Of a DNA stretch of 64,000 nucleotides, positions 15,131 through 25,972 are shown one piece after another. Each line of letters opens with the position of its first letter. Positions within the stretch are counted from its first letter, which is position 1. Position numbers and translations under genes: made by a program. The stretch spans positions 538,078 to 602,077 of the forward strand of contig NW_005434671.1 in NCBI RefSeq assembly GCF_000315625.1, written 5' to 3'. The notes beneath the pieces are model-generated. The model did not search any database, was not told the origin of the DNA, and saw only the letters and a program-made list of their open reading frames with translations. This DNA comes from Guillardia theta CCMP2712. Its lineage: Eukaryota; Protista; Cryptophyta.

Positions 15131-15743
15131 GATTGGATGAAGGGCTTGGGTGAGGGTAGGAGCGAACGAGGATGAGGTACGTGAAGCTGGGATCGAAAGA
15201 ATGAGGCAATCATTACTGTTGTGCAGCATGTGACTTGGACAGTTAACAAGAAGTAGAATTGAAGTTAACAAATAGTGCAGTTGATCCTGACTATTGATTA
15301 GATATCTTTAAGAACGTAGATGAGAATGTTTCGAGGGAGACACAGTTGAAGGGGCAAGCTTGAATAGTGTTGGGATCAAACAAGAAACCACGTCCTGTGA
15401 GTGTTGATATCTGAACAACAGGCCGAGGTTGCTATCGTGGTGATATGCTGAGCGCTCTTCTTCTCCAAGATCTGCAGGTTATGATCATGCGCTGAACGAT
15501 TGAAGGGGCTGAATCTTGGCCTGTGTGCAGGAATCCACGACACCCCAACAGCCCACCACTTTCTGGAGCCTCCTCGGCGACGTCGATCGATCCTACTATA
15601 TCCATTATCCTTGCGAACTTGGACCAGTTGCGACACCTCTTGGATATCGTCAACAGACCTGCCACGCTTACAACTCGCCTACAATCTCGTCTTGGACAGT
15701 ACCTGAGGAGAACTAGACAGTTGCCCTGAGTGTCCTGACAACT

Positions 15744-16724
15744 ATGAGAAAATACAATCTGTCTGAACTCCTTAGTTACACTGCGGACGTGATCGTTGGG
15801 CAGAGGAAAGCTCTCGATGTCAAGTCTGCACAACCTGTCGGACCCAAGGACGATCTTTCTAGTTTCAGTCAACTCATTCAGTTGTCGTTGTTCATGCTCG
15901 TTGCCCTCCTGCTGGCGGAATATATTGGCAAGCTCGTTGGCTCTATGGCAGGTCTTAAGAGGGGAAAGCTGAAACGATTTGCTTCTACTTTTTCTGAGCT
16001 GGTTTATTACACATTCTCAGTGTTCTGTCTCTCAAAGATCTGTTGGAGCAGCAAGTGGTTTTGGCCGTCTGGCTGGTCGGAGGTCATGTACGACGGACGG
16101 GTGCAGAACATCCCTGATTTGGAGGCATACACAGTACCTGCGGATCTCAAGTGCTTCTATCTCTTTGAGACTTCATATTATTTCAGCAGCTTCATGTTGT
16201 TGCTCGTGAGGAAGAAGAAGAAGGACTTCTTGCAGATGGCCTTCCATCACATCGTCACATCTTTGCTTCTTCTCCTGTCGTACAGCACTGGTTACATCAG
16301 GATTGGTGCCGTGGTTATGATCCTCCACAATGTTTTTGATCCATTCATGCTTGTTGCCAAGTGCACGCATTACATGAATGTTCCACTGGTCCCTGACATC
16401 GCCTTCGCATGCTGTACCATCACGTTTGCCGTGTCAAGGTTGTATTACTATCCCCTTTCAATCTACTTTGCTTGGATCGGGGTCTGTACGGGGAATACAA
16501 CCTGTCCTGGAGGAGTGTGGGACAAGACCCCAGTGGAGTTTTCTTTGATTGGTCTCTTGGCGGCGCTGTTGCCTGTGCACTTGATCTGGTTCAAGATGAT
16601 TTTGAAAGTGCTGCAAAGTGCGCTGCTGCAGGCGGGAGTAAAAGGAGATGTGAGGAGTGATTCGGAGGACGAGGACGAGCCAGCGCACAGCAAAGAGCAC
16701 ACCAAGGTCAAGAAGCGGCAATGA
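15744..16724 (+). CDS. Ceramide synthase (LAG1/LAC1, TLC domain)
   Basis: Lag1 motif KKDFLQMAFHHIVT...SY...IG...LHNVFDPFMLVAK, SRLYYYP, WFKMI, and the C-terminal DVRSDSEDE typical of CerS. Confidence 0.92.
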   Translation: MRKYNLSELLSYTADVIVGQRKALDVKSAQPVGPKDDLSSFSQLIQLSLFMLVALLLAEYIGKLVGSMAGLKRGKLKRFASTFSELVYYTFSVFCLSKICWSSKWFWPSGWSEVMYDGRVQNIPDLEAYTVPADLKCFYLFETSYYFSSFMLLLVRKKKKDFLQMAFHHIVTSLLLLLSYSTGYIRIGAVVMILHNVFDPFMLVAKCTHYMNVPLVPDIAFACCTITFAVSRLYYYPLSIYFAWIGVCTGNTTCPGGVWDKTPVEFSLIGLLAALLPVHLIWFKMILKVLQSALLQAGVKGDVRSDSEDEDEPAHSKEHTKVKKRQ

Positions 16725-16849
16725 AGGATCCTTGAGACCGTATCTATATCATATTCGCAGGCAGTTGGGTTTTGTTGCCATGATTCATTGGCACGCGGAT
16801 CGACAGTTTGGACAGTTTGGCTTGCTTTGAGGTCAACGAATAAAGCAGA

Positions 16850-18660
16850 GGCATCGGTCGTTTAGTCTGATTTCTCCCACTTGTCAAACTTGTCGAGCAG
16901 AGGGTCCCTGATGGTTCCGTCCAGCGTTCCTGCAAGCTCTCAACATCGCTGAAGAGGGAGAAACCACTTCCCCTCCTCCCCATTCCCTCCTTCCCTTCCC
17001 CTCCTTATCCTCCCCTCTCCGCATCCCTCACTATCCTTACCTCCTGAGAAGGCATCTTGTCCCGAGCTGGAAGAGAGCAGACGCCTGCGGGACAATGAGA
17101 AGGGAGCAAGCAAGTCCTTCCCCACTTGCGCAAGCCTTCGAAGTTGTTGATCCTGTCCTCCAGCTGTAGCTCAGGGTCAACAGGGCCTCAAGGTCAAGAG
17201 GGCAGGGCATCCGCTTACCGCATCCTTGTTGATCTTGACCTGCTGCTCACGGGCCTCCAGGTCCAGCAGGTCGCCCTGCAGCGCCTGCATCGCATCACGA
17301 GTGGTTTGCAGAGCTCTAGGGCAGCCAGAGGACCTGCAGCTTCTCTTGATCTCTCAGCTTTTCTGCCAAGTGGACTCTTGCCTGGTCCTCGTTGCCCTGC
17401 AGCCGGATGAGCGGAGGGAACCAGCACACGTCTCGTAACCTGCTCCAGCTGCTGGCGAGCTCGAGCCATGCTGGTGTCGATAGAGGCCTTCAGCGATCGA
17501 ACTTGAGACTCTTGGGCAGGGGTGAGGAAGCAGCAGCCGTGTCATAGGGGGAACCTTTGCTGTCTCGAGCATCTACGATGATCCGAAGGGAGTCTTCGGT
17601 GTCACGTAGATCGATGATCTGACGACCCGCAAGAATGTCACTGAGTAACTTGAAGTTTGTCGTGAAGCACGATTCTCATTCCCAGCACTTCCACATCTCC
17701 ATCATTATCATCATCATTCCTTCAACTCCTTCATCTCCATCATCATCTCCATCATCATCTCCATCATCATCTCCATCATCATCTCCATCATCCCCATCCT
17801 TCTCCTCTTCATCATCATCATCTCATTCACCAGCTGCTTGAGCAGCATGGCGCTTTCTTTGGTGAGCCCCAGCCCTGCATCGCATGCATCATCAAACTGC
17901 TGCTACACGAGCAGCAAGACTACTCTTGAGCTCCTCAGCTTGCGCGGCATCAGAGAGTCCTGTGCCTTTACCCAGCCAACCCCCGATCTGCCCGCCCAGC
18001 TCGTCAGTGTCTCCCTCCACCGTCACAGCATACCAGGGCCCCGAACGGCCCGGCCACCAGGGCCCCCACGAGAGCTCCGCCTGAAGGTCGAGAGGGTGAG
18101 TGTAGAACCCTCAGCAGCAGCCCAGCAGACCTGCCGCGCCTCGGAGGTTCGTCCCTGACCTGACGTCTGCTCCAGAGTCCACCCACCCCTTGGCGTCTCC
18201 CAGCTGAGGCATGTCAGAGGAGGTATCATCGTGCGGTGCCCCAACCTTGTCTCTTGCCAGCCTCCCGGCTCTCTTCCACATGTCGTCTACTTGCATTCGC
18301 AGCCTGCAGATCTCGGCCCTTGGAGCAGGCAATGATCATCATGGTGGATCGCCCCCCCCCCCCCCTTCAGGCTCGCTCCTCCCCACTTTCTCCCTCCATC
18401 CCTCGCTCTCCCCCCTCCAGCATCTTGCTGAATATCCTTCGTCTCCCTTGCCCTCTCTGGTACTGTCAGCCTAGTTGGCATTAAGAACCTCCCGTCCCTC
18501 CTCCTCCATCGCACTCCTCCTCCTCTCATCCTCCTCCTCTCATCCTCCTCCTCTCCTTCTCCTCTCCTTCTCCATCGCGTCCTCACCTTCTGCTCGTCTT
18601 GATCCCTGCATGCGCTCCAACATGAAAGCCGTCACATCTTCCTAAGAGCACCGCCGCCAT
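16850..18660 (-). CDS. Hypothetical coiled-coil protein, multi-exon
   Basis: Coiled-coil-like fragments separated by GT-AG introns (e.g. EICRLRMQVDDMWKRAGRLARDK; MARARQQLEQ). No family recognised and boundaries are rough. Confidence 0.35.
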
Positions 18661-18754
18661 GGCGACCACCAGGGCCACCCGCGGCTGAACCATGGCGAAC
18701 TTTACGGCAAGGTCAGCAAAGACCGGCCCGCCTCAATTTCATTGGCCGCAGAAG

Positions 18755-20005
18755 ATGCTTCGAACCAGGATGCGCTTCTGCGTGGCCATGGCAGTTCCGA
18801 TGATCATGGCGACAGAAGGTGAGGATGGAGGAGGATACAGAGACCATGGAGACGAGCAGAAGGGAGGAGGAGACGAGCAGCCTGAGTAGTAGTAGTAGTA
18901 CTAGGATGAGGAGGAGGAGGCGGAATGGGGGGCTGGGATCTGGAGGCTGCTTATGAGTCCTGGGGCATGGGGGCAGGGGATCAGAGGAGCGGTGAGAGGA
19001 GATAGTAGCGAGCTCTATGCTTAGATGTCTTACTCCTGATATCCAGGCTTCATGTTGTCGAGCCCAACCAACTGGAGCGTGCGGAGGCATCACGGCGTCA
19101 GGGCAATGTCGGGCATGGCAGGAGGAGGTTCGGAAAGCAAACGAGCTCTGTGCATCCTGGCAGAGGTGAGGGAGGAGGAGGGAGGGAGAGGTGAACGAGG
19201 AGGAGGGAGGGAGAGGTGAACGAGGAGGAGGGAGGGAGAGGTGAACGAGGAGGAGGGAGGGAGAGGTGAGGGAGGAGGAGCTGGGGATAGTCTGATGCTG
19301 GTCGAAGGGGTTCGAAGAGCTGGAGGCCGTCGCTCCCATCGACATCCTTCGGCGGGCGAACATCGAGGTCACCGTTGCTTCCCTCTCGCAAGATCGCCTG
19401 GTCAAGGGCCGCAATGGCATCTCAGGTGGAACAACTGACGTCTTGTCCTGCTCTCCTCACCTCCTCCTCAGTCATGGCGGACGTCGACCTGGACGCGGCG
19501 CTCAGCACCTCCTCCTACGACGCCATCATCGTCCCCGGTGGCCCCCCGGCCGTCCCCTCGATCGGAACCCTCAAGAAGGACAAGCGTGTGCTTGAGCTCT
19601 TGCAGCAGCAAATGAGCGCTGGCCGCGTCGTCAGCGCCATCTGCGCTGCTCCCTCCGTCCTCCACGAGGCCGGCGTGCTCGAGGGCAAGAAGTACACCGC
19701 CCACTTCTCCGTGGTGCGTTCTCCTTCCCCTCCCCACCCCGCCTCTGCTTGCTGCCCAGCTCACTGTAGTGTGTCGCAGGAGAGCGTCGTGCCCAAGCTG
19801 GACAAGAGCTCGGCTGTGGTGGTGGATGGGAACTTGATCACGTCACAGGGAGCAGGGACAGGAACGCAGTTCGGGTTGGCGCTCGTGGAGAAGCTCAAGG
19901 ACAAGGTGTGGAGGGGAGGAGGGGGAGAAGGAGGGAGAGGCGATGACTTGCTACTCACAGGCTACAGCGGACGAGATCGCCGCTTCAATCTGCTGGAAGG
20001 GATAA
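18755..20005 (+). CDS. DJ-1/PfpI (YajL-type) protein, probably plastid-targeted
   Basis: Spliced KRALCILAE|GFEELEAVAPIDILRRANIEVTVAS, YDAIIVPGG, nucleophile elbow SAICAAP, and VVVDGNLITSQGAGT. N-terminus MLRTRMRFCVAMAVPMIMATEG-FMLSSP. Confidence 0.9.
19163..19280. repeat. About 25-bp purine-rich intronic tandem repeat (GAGGAGGAGGGAGGGAGAGGTGAAC) x about 4
   Basis: Visible directly within DJ-1 intron 2. Confidence 0.85.
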
Positions 20006-20055
20006 GAATGGAGGGAGGAGGAGGAGGAGGAGGAGAAGGAGGAGGAGGAGGAGGA

Positions 20056-23000
20056 CTAGAAGGGAAGCGTCTTCTTGGGGAAGAACTTCTGCTTGAGGTT
20101 CACGTAGTAGAATTTCCAGTGTGTCCATCCCATCTGTCTTGGGTGTCAGCGCTACCTGCCCCTTACACTCTCCTCCTCCTCCTCCTCCTCCTTCCCTTCA
20201 ACCCCTCACTCGCATTGTTGTGCTCTCACCTGCTCAGCAATGGCCTCGAGCTCGGACACAATCTTCTTCGACGGAGGCCCCTCGTTGCTCTTCATCACCT
20301 GCCCTCCTGGTCATCACTCCCTCCTTCTGCTCCTCCCTCAACGCCCCTTCCTCTCCGAGTCTCCTGCCCCAACTCCCTCCCTGTCTCCGTCTCCCTCCTC
20401 CCCAACCTTCAGCAGGTCCTCTAGGGCTCCTCCCGCGCGTCCTTGTCGCCGCTTGACAGCTGACGTGATACTCGTGTACCGCACCTGCGCACGTTCTCGG
20501 TGAGGGGAAGGGGAACGGGAGCGGAGGAGAACGAGAGGAGTGAAGGGAGGAGGAGAGAGGAGAAGAAAGAGAAGCAGGGGTTGTGGGGGGAGGGTCGAAC
20601 CAGCTGCTCGAACTTCTGATCGCTAGCCGTCCACTGGTTCAGGTTCTCAAGGTTCTCCTGCATGAGGCTCAGAGGCCTGAAGGGATCAGGTCAACCACCT
20701 TGAGAAAGTCGGCAGGGGACTTGTCTTGACATCCCGCAAGCGCAAGGTCGACGTCCTTGGATGAGCGTGAGTGTGCCGAGAGTAGCAGTTGAGGGGAAGG
20801 GAGCAGGAGCAGGAAGATCAGGGGGAAGCAGGAGGAGAACGGGCAGCCCAGAAGGAGCTAGCTGGAGCTGAAGCAGTCCGGAAGCAGGCGGCAGGAAGAG
20901 GTGTTTGAGGATTGTTGGAGAGGGTTGAGGACACGGAGAAGTTTGACGAGACGAAGAGGGTTGAGGAGACGAAGAGGGTTGAGGAGAAGGGCGGGGAGGG
21001 GCGGAGGAATTCACCGGCATGAGCTCCGCAGAAGGAGCAGGAAGCAGAAGCTCTTGAAACCTCTCGAGGCGACACAGAAGAGCATCGATCAAGATCTCCT
21101 TCAGCTTGTCCATCTCCTTGCACTTCTCCTACATCCCCTCCCTTCAGCCCAGCACACAGCAGGGTAGCGGCAGGGTGAGGAAAGGGGAAGGGAAGATGAC
21201 GGGGTGGGTTGAGGGTTCAAACGATTCGAGTGAGAGCAGCTGCTGAAAGTAGAACGAGCGAACAAGGGGAGGAAACAAAGGAGGAGGAGGAGGAGGAGGA
21301 GGAGGAGGAGGAGGAGGAGGAGAAAGAGGAGGGAGCAAGGAAGAGGAGGCAGGAGGAGACCTTGCTCTCAGGGTCGTCCTTGACTTGCTTCAGCCCATAG
21401 TGCGCCGCCAACTCCTTCTGGTCGACCGAGTCCAGGACCCAGTTGGTGGCCTCGATGGCTTCAAGGCACCTTGACTTTCTCTGCTGCTCTGCCTCGGCAC
21501 TGTCTCCCTCCACATCCCTCTTGGAGAGGATCTCCTTCAGAACCTGCACGTTCTTGGGGTTCTGCAAGTGACAGTGAGGAGGGGAGGGAGAGGGTGAAGA
21601 GGCAGAAGAGATATTTCACCTCAGCTCGGAGCTCCTTGGCCAGGGCCTCGAACTCGCTCGGCATCTTGTCCTCCCTGAGGGACTTGAGAACCTTGATCTT
21701 GGCCTCCAGCATCTGCTCGGCCTGCCGCTCCTCCGGCGTCTTCTTCTTGGAGCTTTCGTCCTTGTCCTGCTCCTCCTTGCTCTCTTCGGGGGGCAGCAGG
21801 ACCTGGACCCTGCACGCGTTCTTCACCTCCCCGCACGCGATCGAGCCCAGCAGGACGTCGCCTGGCTTTCCTCCTGCGACCTTGTCGGAGGGGCCCGTGA
21901 AGAAGACCCTAACTCGCTCCCCGCGCGTCAGGGTCTTCTTGCTCAACTTTTCCCCGTTGGTGATGGCGGCGCCGTAGGAGGCGAAGGCTCTGCACGAGAG
22001 CTCTTTGGCGAGCGCGAAGTCCAGGCAGAGGACGAGGCTCTTGAGGCTGTCGAGCAAGGACTTGCTGTCGTGCCGCAGCTGCAGGCGCAGGGAGTACTTG
22101 CCCTTGGGCAACGAGACGTCGTAGGTGTGCAGGCCATCCCCGGACCCCATGAGCTGAGAGTTGGAGTCGAAGATCATCCAGAGCTGCGAGTCCAGGGGGG
22201 AGTCGTAGAGGACCTCGAACATGCTCGCGCGGGGGGTGACCTTGACCGCCTCCTTCTCCGTCTGCTCGAAGCTGTAGGAGAGCTCCATCTCGTAGATCTG
22301 CCGGTTGTTGGGCAGAAGGTCCCTCTCCGGCGACCGGACGTTGATGGAGGACTTGGTGGGCCGGAGGAGCTTGCGGAGGTGCGTGAGCTTGGAGGAGAGG
22401 GAGATCGTCTCGCTCCTCAGAGGGGCAGACAGGAAGAGACTGACGGGCTCGGCCGACCCGATGGCGAGCACCTCGGACGAGACCTCGACGCCGTGGAAGA
22501 CGATCTCGATGTCCACCTCCACCTCCCCGATGCTCGCCCACCACTTGCACATGCAGACCTCCAGCGTCACTCCGCCCCGCACGCTCACCCGCTCCGTCAC
22601 GTTGGTGAAGGGCTTCAGCCGCAGGTACTTGTCGAGCTCCGATGGGTTGCGAGAGGTGACGGGGGAGGAAGGGAGAACCTGGAGGCAGTGGAGGACGAGC
22701 ATGTGGTTGCCTTCCAGCTGCTTCGGCTTCACGGTGAACTCTGCCCACGTAGCCCCACGGGGAACGGAGAGGAAGTGACGGTCAAGAGTTCCAGGCAGGT
22801 AGCGCTGAGCAGGCAGGGAGAGCGAGAAGTCGCCAGGAGGGATGGTCATCGGCTTGATCACCGTCACGGGGAAGCGGAAGATCGGTCCCAGGGAAGGACA
22901 TTCAGAGTCGAAGCCGAGGATCTCGCAGAAGTGAGCTCCGGTGGGGAGGGAGGAGGGGTCGACTCGAGCCTCGAAGCCCTTCCCCGAAGCGTTGAGCATC

Positions 23001-24966
23001 AAGAAGTTGGGGACCTCGCACCATGAGGCGGTCGACTTGACCGAGACCTTGACCTCAAAGGCGACCTTCTGCCTGTTGTCGCACTCGTCGTGGAACTTTG
23101 GGCTGGCAAAGAGGTTGGCCGCAAAGACCTCGGAGACTTCGGAGAGGTCTCGGAGGTACAAACCCCTCGCGTCATCCCTTGCAGGCACTACCACGTCGAT
23201 AGGAACGTCAAATGCAACCGAACGATTCTGATGTGCCTTGAAGTGCTGGAATGCCTTGTCGACCTGGAGCAGACCAGGTCCAAGAGCCCAGGGCTCGATC
23301 CCCTCCACCTTGAGGGCTGAGTTCTGGATGACCCGCCGGATGCTCGCCGGCGTCCACGATGCCGCACCCGAGAGCAGGGCGGAGAGGATGAGAGCGAGGC
23401 CTCCACAGCAGTTGGGCGAGGACATGGACGTGCCGTTCATGAGCTGCTTCCCTTGCAGCGTCCACGTCGGCACTGGTGCGATCGCTCCTCCTGGAGCACA
23501 GATGGTGACGCCAAGGTTTCCGTCGGGGGAGGGGCCGCGGGAGGACCAGGTGTAGTTGGTGGAAGCGAGAGTCTCCCGCAGCGAGTACTCCACCTCCATC
23601 ATCCCGGGTGAAACGAAGGCCCCGACGCTGATGAAGGAGGAGGACATGCAGGCTGGAGCCCCGACGGTCGACAGGGCTGGGCCGTTGTTGCCCGCGGAGC
23701 AGACGAAGATGATGCCATGCTTGTTCACGAACTCGTTGATCAGCTCCGGCACGCGCCCGCTCTTGTCGTGCACGAAGCTCTCCCCATAGCTCAGGTTGAT
23801 CAGTTGACACCCGTTGTCCTTGGCCACCTTCAACGCGCGGATCAGGCTGGTTCCAGTCTCCATCGATCCCAGGCGCGAGTCTCCGATCTTGCACGACACG
23901 ATCTGAGCGCCGGGAGCGATGCCGTTGAGTTTCGGGTCATCAGGGAAGTTGGCGGCCACGATGCCTGGGAGAATGAAGAGACGGGTGGTCAGAAGGACGG
24001 AGGGAGGGCGAGACATCAAGGCTCAGAAGGGAAGGGCGAACGGCTCACCTGCGACGTGCGTGCCGTGGGAGCCAGCTTCGCAGACGATGGACAGGAGGTC
24101 GCCCTCTTGGAAGATGCCAACACAGACGTTGAGCAGGACAGAATGGTCCCTTACCCCCCTCACTGAGGACAGGGTGACAAACTCCCGCTCCTCCCTGAAG
24201 GTGGCCAGCGCCTTCACCTCCTGCAGATCCCCGCTCTCCTGGAAGTCGATGAGCGCTCGCCACCTCTCGCCGTCTGAGTAGACGACGCAGTCGAAGGCAG
24301 GCCCCGGATCCGAATACTGCTCCATCGCCTCCTTGAGCGCGTCCACCACCTGCTCCAGGTCCTTGCGCTCCTTCTTCTCCTTGTCATTGGGTGACTTGTG
24401 GCTCTTCTCCCACTCTCTGAGCGCCGCCTGGGCCGCCGCGACGGCCTCCTGCTGCTTCACCAGGAAGGACTCCTTCCTCTCCTCCTTGACCCTCTTGACC
24501 AGAGGGCGCGGGAACAACTCGTACGCCCTCTTCAACCCAAGATGAAACTTCCCTGACGGGCATGTCCGGCTCCCCAAGTTGAGCGTCCTCCCTGAAAGGC
24601 CCGTGATCGTGGTCTCGCCCTCCTTCAGCTCGACGACCTCGCTGGTGTCGACGTCTCCGCTCCCCGTGCAGTCCACCACGTCAATCATTTTGGGTCTCCT
24701 GCCGCACTCCAGTCAACCACCCCAACTAGCTCTCGTCTGCGCACCCGTCGGAGGTGACGAGCAGGCCTGCGGCGCCGGGGTCGACCCCCGTGTCGAAGAT
24801 CGCCACCTTGATGCCTCTCCCGTCCCATTCGGCTGCACTCACCCGCTCAGCTCCGATTCACACCAGCACAGGGTCACTCACGATGCTCCTCGATGAACTT
24901 GGAGGCCTCTGTCTCAGCCTTGGGGAGGATTCCTTCCTTGGGGAAGGGAAGCGCTTCGACGTCCAT
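20056..24966 (-). CDS. TPP2: Tripeptidyl-peptidase II (subtilase S8)
   Basis: LPKAETEA..F...[19 protein letters not shown] (Asp), SHGTHVAG (His), NGTSMSSPN (Ser), TWSSRGP, and the C-terminus GWTHW...FFPKKTLPF-stop. Confidence 0.96.
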
Positions 24967-25972
24967 CACTGCCAGCCACGAGGTCAATATGTCCTGCTGC
25001 AAGGAGCTCGCTTCCAACAGAATGGACCAAGTGAGCTATGGTTTTGTCTGAGTGAAATGAACGTGCATAGTCTGGAAATCACATGTTCTTCCTACCCACC
25101 TAATCCATGTATCATTCTTCAGCTTCGTCTACCCTGCTCGAATCATTGATTTTGCCTCTGAGTCTCCTCCCCCTCCCCTCTCCCCTCCTCTCTTCTCTCT
25201 TCTCTCTTCCCCCCCCTCTCTCTCCCTCCTTTCACTTCTCTCTCACACGCTCCCTCCCTCCCTCCCTCCTCCCTCCTCCCTCTCCCCTCTCTCCTCCTCT
25301 CTCCTCCTCTTCCCTCCCCTCCTCCCATTATCTCTTCTATTTCCCTCCCTCTCTCCTCTCCCTCCATCCTATTCCCAGCATTACTATCCCTGTGACGAAT
25401 CGGCCTTGAGTCTCGTCAGTTACCCACCGTTGCGTGCAGGTTCGATCCGTAACCGTTGTAACTGTTCCCCTTTGCGGCCCAACCAGATTCTTGATGGCTC
25501 AACTAGCGGGGGACGTGAAGAGGAGTCGAGGGGTGGACATGGCAGAGGGAGGGAGGGAAAGAAGAGACGCGAGGAAGAGCAGGCGGAGTGGAGGAGGAGC
25601 AGACAAGATGAGGAGAAGGGATGAAGGAGACGGGAGGAGCAGGGGAGGAAGCCGAGGGCGGGAGGAGGAGGAACCGACCAGGACTACGGGGAGAGTAGCA
25701 AGAGATCTAGATTGAGGTCAGGGATACGAAGCCAAGAGAGTTGGGAATGTGAAGTTTTCCATGTGTTCTGACAGAGGAAGGAAAGTTCAAGGTTAGTAGA
25801 CACGAGTAGTGTCGAGGTTCCTTCAGCGCCACTTCGCCTTGGCATGCTAGGGTGGTCCCATGACCTGGGCCCAAGTTCAACGGTAGAGTCTGACGGCAGG
25901 ACATGAACAGCACGAGTCTGTGACCGACCCTTGATCGTGACACGCTCCTTCCTCTCAGGTGCATCTGCCAGC

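Noticed and set aside
21471-24281. Long antisense and alternate-frame ORFs over TPP2 (also over CFAP74 and the phosphatase)
   Set aside because: These are expected shadow ORFs of high-GC3 coding sequence and show no recognisable motifs.
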